Part shown: positions 61,739-64,000 of the stretch, one piece after another
Numbering within the stretch: the stretch's first letter is position 1
Layout: every line of letters begins with the position of its first letter
Source: an uncultured Alphaproteobacteria bacterium
Lineage (GTDB): Bacteria; Pseudomonadota; Alphaproteobacteria; Methylaequorales; Methylaequoraceae
Length of the DNA stretch: 64,000 nt
Direction of reading: 5' to 3'
Assembly: GCA_902523675.1 (NCBI GenBank)
Contig: CABZAL010000001.1
Location: 17,519-81,518 of the forward strand
The notes under the pieces: generated by a model
What the model saw: the letters and a program-made list of their open reading frames with translations, nothing else
Databases searched by the model: none
What the model was told of the DNA's origin: nothing
Position numbers and translations under genes: made by a program

Positions 61739-62866
61739 ATGTCAATACCGATAATCCAACAAATACGCGTAGGTTCATATATTTTAAAGCAGAAGTTATT
61801 AAAAAAAGAGAAATACCCTCTTGTTTTAATGTTAGAGCCTTTGTTTAGATGTAATTTAGCCTGTGCTGGTTGTGGAAAGATAGACTATCCGAAAGAAATT
61901 TTAGATCAAAGATTATCAGTCAAAGAGTGCATAGATTCAGTAGAGGAATGCGGAGCTCCTATTATTTCCATTCCAGGTGGTGAACCATTGATACACAAAG
62001 AAATGCCAATTATAGTAAGTGAGTTGGTAAAAAGAAAGAAATTTGTATATCTTTGTACAAATGCTTTACTAATGGAAAAAAAACTTGAGCAGTATAAACC
62101 AAGCTCTTACTTTACTTGGTCGGTGCATCTTGATGGTCTTAAAGAGGATCACGATAAAGCAGTTTGTCAAGAGGGAGTATTTGACAGATGCGTATCAGCT
62201 ATACAAAAAGCTAAATCAAAAGGTTTTAGATGTAATGTCAATTGCACTGTCTTTGATAATGTAAATGAATCTTCATTAATTAAATTTTTAGACTACGTAA
62301 CAAATGTCTTAAAGGTTGATGGAATTACTATATCACCAGGTTTCGCATACGAAAGAGCACCTGATCAAAAACATTTTATTAAAAGATCGAATACAAAGAA
62401 TTTTTTTAGAAAGATTTTTAAATCTAAAAATTTTAAAAAATGGGATTTTAGTCATTCAGGATTGTACTTAGATTTTTTAGCTGGAAACCAAAATTACAAA
62501 TGTACTCCTTGGGGAAACCCAACTAGGAATATATTTGGGTGGCAAAAACCATGTTACTTGCTTGGAGAAGGTTACGTAAAAACATTTAAAGAACTAATGG
62601 AATCAACAGAGTGGGAAAAGTATGGTACAGGTAATTATGACAAATGTTCCGATTGTATGGCTCACTGCGGTTACGAAGCCTCAGCAGTTTCTGATGTTTT
62701 TGAGAGTCCCTTAAAAGCTATAAACGTGGCTATGAATGGGCCAAAAACTGATGGTGCTATGGCGCAAGAAATTGATTTAAGTAAGTCTAGAGATCCAGAT
62801 TTTGTGTTTGATACCCATGTTAGTGAAATGATGAAGAGAATTCACGCACAAAAAGAATCCGCTTAA
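61739..62866 (+). CDS. Radical SAM protein HpnH-like (adenosylhopane synthase family)
   Basis: 375 aa. MLEPLFRCNLACAGCGKIDYP radical-SAM CxxxCxxC block. Downstream blocks (GGEPLIHKEM, KFVYLCTNALL, FTWSVHLDGLKEDHDK, WGNPTRNIFGWQKPCYLLGEGY, CSDCMAHCGYE) that I recognise from HpnH. Adjacent to ispH/hpnA as in hopanoid clusters. Confidence 0.75.
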   Translation: MSIPIIQQIRVGSYILKQKLLKKEKYPLVLMLEPLFRCNLACAGCGKIDYPKEILDQRLSVKECIDSVEECGAPIISIPGGEPLIHKEMPIIVSELVKRKKFVYLCTNALLMEKKLEQYKPSSYFTWSVHLDGLKEDHDKAVCQEGVFDRCVSAIQKAKSKGFRCNVNCTVFDNVNESSLIKFLDYVTNVLKVDGITISPGFAYERAPDQKHFIKRSNTKNFFRKIFKSKNFKKWDFSHSGLYLDFLAGNQNYKCTPWGNPTRNIFGWQKPCYLLGEGYVKTFKELMESTEWEKYGTGNYDKCSDCMAHCGYEASAVSDVFESPLKAINVAMNGPKTDGAMAQEIDLSKSRDPDFVFDTHVSEMMKRIHAQKESA

Positions 62867-62901
62867 ATACATATTCTCTCCAAACAATATTATTGATTTG
62901 T

Positions 62902-64000
62902 TTAGGAACTTTCTCTTTTCCAGCACATGTATAATAAAATCGTTAAGATTAGAAAATATAGCACAGGATTTAATAGTTGTTTGTTTTCAAAACCTTCAAT
63001 CGTGAAATTATTATTACGAAGAAAAAAAAGGACATTTTTTTCTTTATTTATTTTATCTGATACCCTTGCTGTTTTAAACTTTGGAACTGAATTGTCATTA
63101 ATCCATATTGATTTTGAAAAAATATTTGAAAATTCTATATTTTGTAAATACTCGTCAGTTAAGTGTATTTCATTTAATTCTAAATTATTTTCACTGGAAG
63201 TATCAACAACAACTTGATTATTTAAATCGCTAATAACGTATAATCCTTCTTCTTGATATTCGAAAATTTCAGAGTAATAATTTTTTTTAATTTTTTTTAA
63301 TATTTTTTCTATTACTTTTCCTTTCGGCGTTGTGATTATTATTTTAATCTCCTTAATCTTTGGTTCCTTAAGAAAATTTTTTGTTATTAATAATTTTTTA
63401 TCATTCTGAGGTTCGACTTTAAGTTTACTATCTTCTAAACTTGGCTCTTTCATAAGCCAGTGAGCTAGATTTTTAATTAATTTGTTATAAGGCCCACCAT
63501 CATCATTTCCTGTTTTTGTCCATAGCCAAATATTTTTACTGTATATCTGAGCAATTCTACCCTTATTTACTTTCTTGATAACCAATAAAGGCTTATTATT
63601 GAGTCCAGACAAGAGAGTAATAGATTCATCATCTATTTCATCAATTTTATTCATCTGATACCATGAACCATAATTTTTTGTCTTAGAAAAAAGGTTTTTT
63701 GTCACCGGATGAACTTTTCCTATTTCAGTTAATTGTGGTTTATATTTTCCGACAAGAACCTTTCCAGATGGGATTCCTGGAAGTATTTTTCCTATTTCAG
63801 TTCTAAATAAACTAGATTTCGAATTATAAGATGGTCCAGTAATTTCTAATATAGCTCCTCCTTCATCAACAAACTTTAAAATATTTTGAAAATAGATTGG
63901 ATTTAAGACATTTTTACCCATAAAATTATCAAAAATAACTAACTGAAATTTATTCAGTTTTTTTTCGAAGAGTTCTTTTGTAGGAAAAGGGATTAGTGAG
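62902..64000 (-). CDS. Hypothetical protein, partial (continues beyond window end), C-terminal TM anchor
   Basis: The reverse-strand frame remains open upstream of the Met at 63921 through position 64000 (...SLIPFPTKELFEKKLNKFQLVIFDNFMGKNV...), so the gene is longer than the 339-aa track ORF. Ends with a hydrophobic helix (LLNPVLYFLILTILLYMCW). No confident family assignment; a possible GATase-like/ABC-auxiliary (GldG-like) resemblance is weak. Confidence 0.45.
   Translation of the reverse strand, partial: SLIPFPTKELFEKKLNKFQLVIFDNFMGKNVLNPIYFQNILKFVDEGGAILEITGPSYNSKSSLFRTEIGKILPGIPSGKVLVGKYKPQLTEIGKVHPVTKNLFSKTKNYGSWYQMNKIDEIDDESITLLSGLNNKPLLVIKKVNKGRIAQIYSKNIWLWTKTGNDDGGPYNKLIKNLAHWLMKEPSLEDSKLKVEPQNDKKLLITKNFLKEPKIKEIKIIITTPKGKVIEKILKKIKKNYYSEIFEYQEEGLYVISDLNNQVVVDTSSENNLELNEIHLTDEYLQNIEFSNIFSKSIWINDNSVPKFKTARVSDKINKEKNVLFFLRNNNFTIEGFENKQLLNPVLYFLILTILLYMCWKRESS

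Overview
AT-rich (roughly 30% GC by eye), very tightly packed alphaproteobacterial chromosome segment; gene order and composition look like a streamlined SAR11/Pelagibacterales-type genome. The window is almost entirely protein-coding, with about 68 CDS. I found no rRNA, tRNA, CRISPR array, transposase, integrase or phage gene. Most of it is core housekeeping. This includes ribF-ileS-lspA, an M16 peptidase pair, pgi, mutL, rsmD, rluB, purD, xseA, and an LPS/lipid A block (lpxK-waaA-DUF374 acyltransferase-msbA). It also includes pmbA/tldD, ubiA, rsmE, gshA, a complete aa3 cytochrome c oxidase operon (ctaC-ctaD-ctaB-small ORF-ctaG-ctaE-surf1) coupled to thrC, dsbD, a peroxiredoxin, rnhA, thrB, the ATP synthase F0 operon (atpI-B-E-F'-F), smc, dsbA, a DUF721/DciA-like gene, mutY, a PepSY/response-regulator/histidine-kinase module, rnhB, mogA, a family-4 UDG and ETF-QO. 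Genes very often overlap by 1-8 nt (ATGA/TAATG junctions). The only accessory-looking stretch is about 55.7-64 kb. It holds a TPR protein co-transcribed with an orphan Ftr/FhcD-like and FwdC/FhcC-like pair. These are homologues of two subunits of the H4MPT/methanofuran formyltransferase-hydrolase complex, with no fhcA/fhcB, fae, mch or mtd nearby. Next to it is a hopanoid-type module: an HpnM-like MlaC-family protein, an HpnA-like epimerase, IspH, and the radical-SAM adenosylhopane synthase homologue HpnH. A large unknown membrane-anchored protein runs off the 3' end. I found no complete, obviously novel multi-gene system. The Ftr/FwdC orphan pair and the hopanoid-type genes in this genome background are the most unusual items. 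All calls are from reading the translations; no database search was possible.
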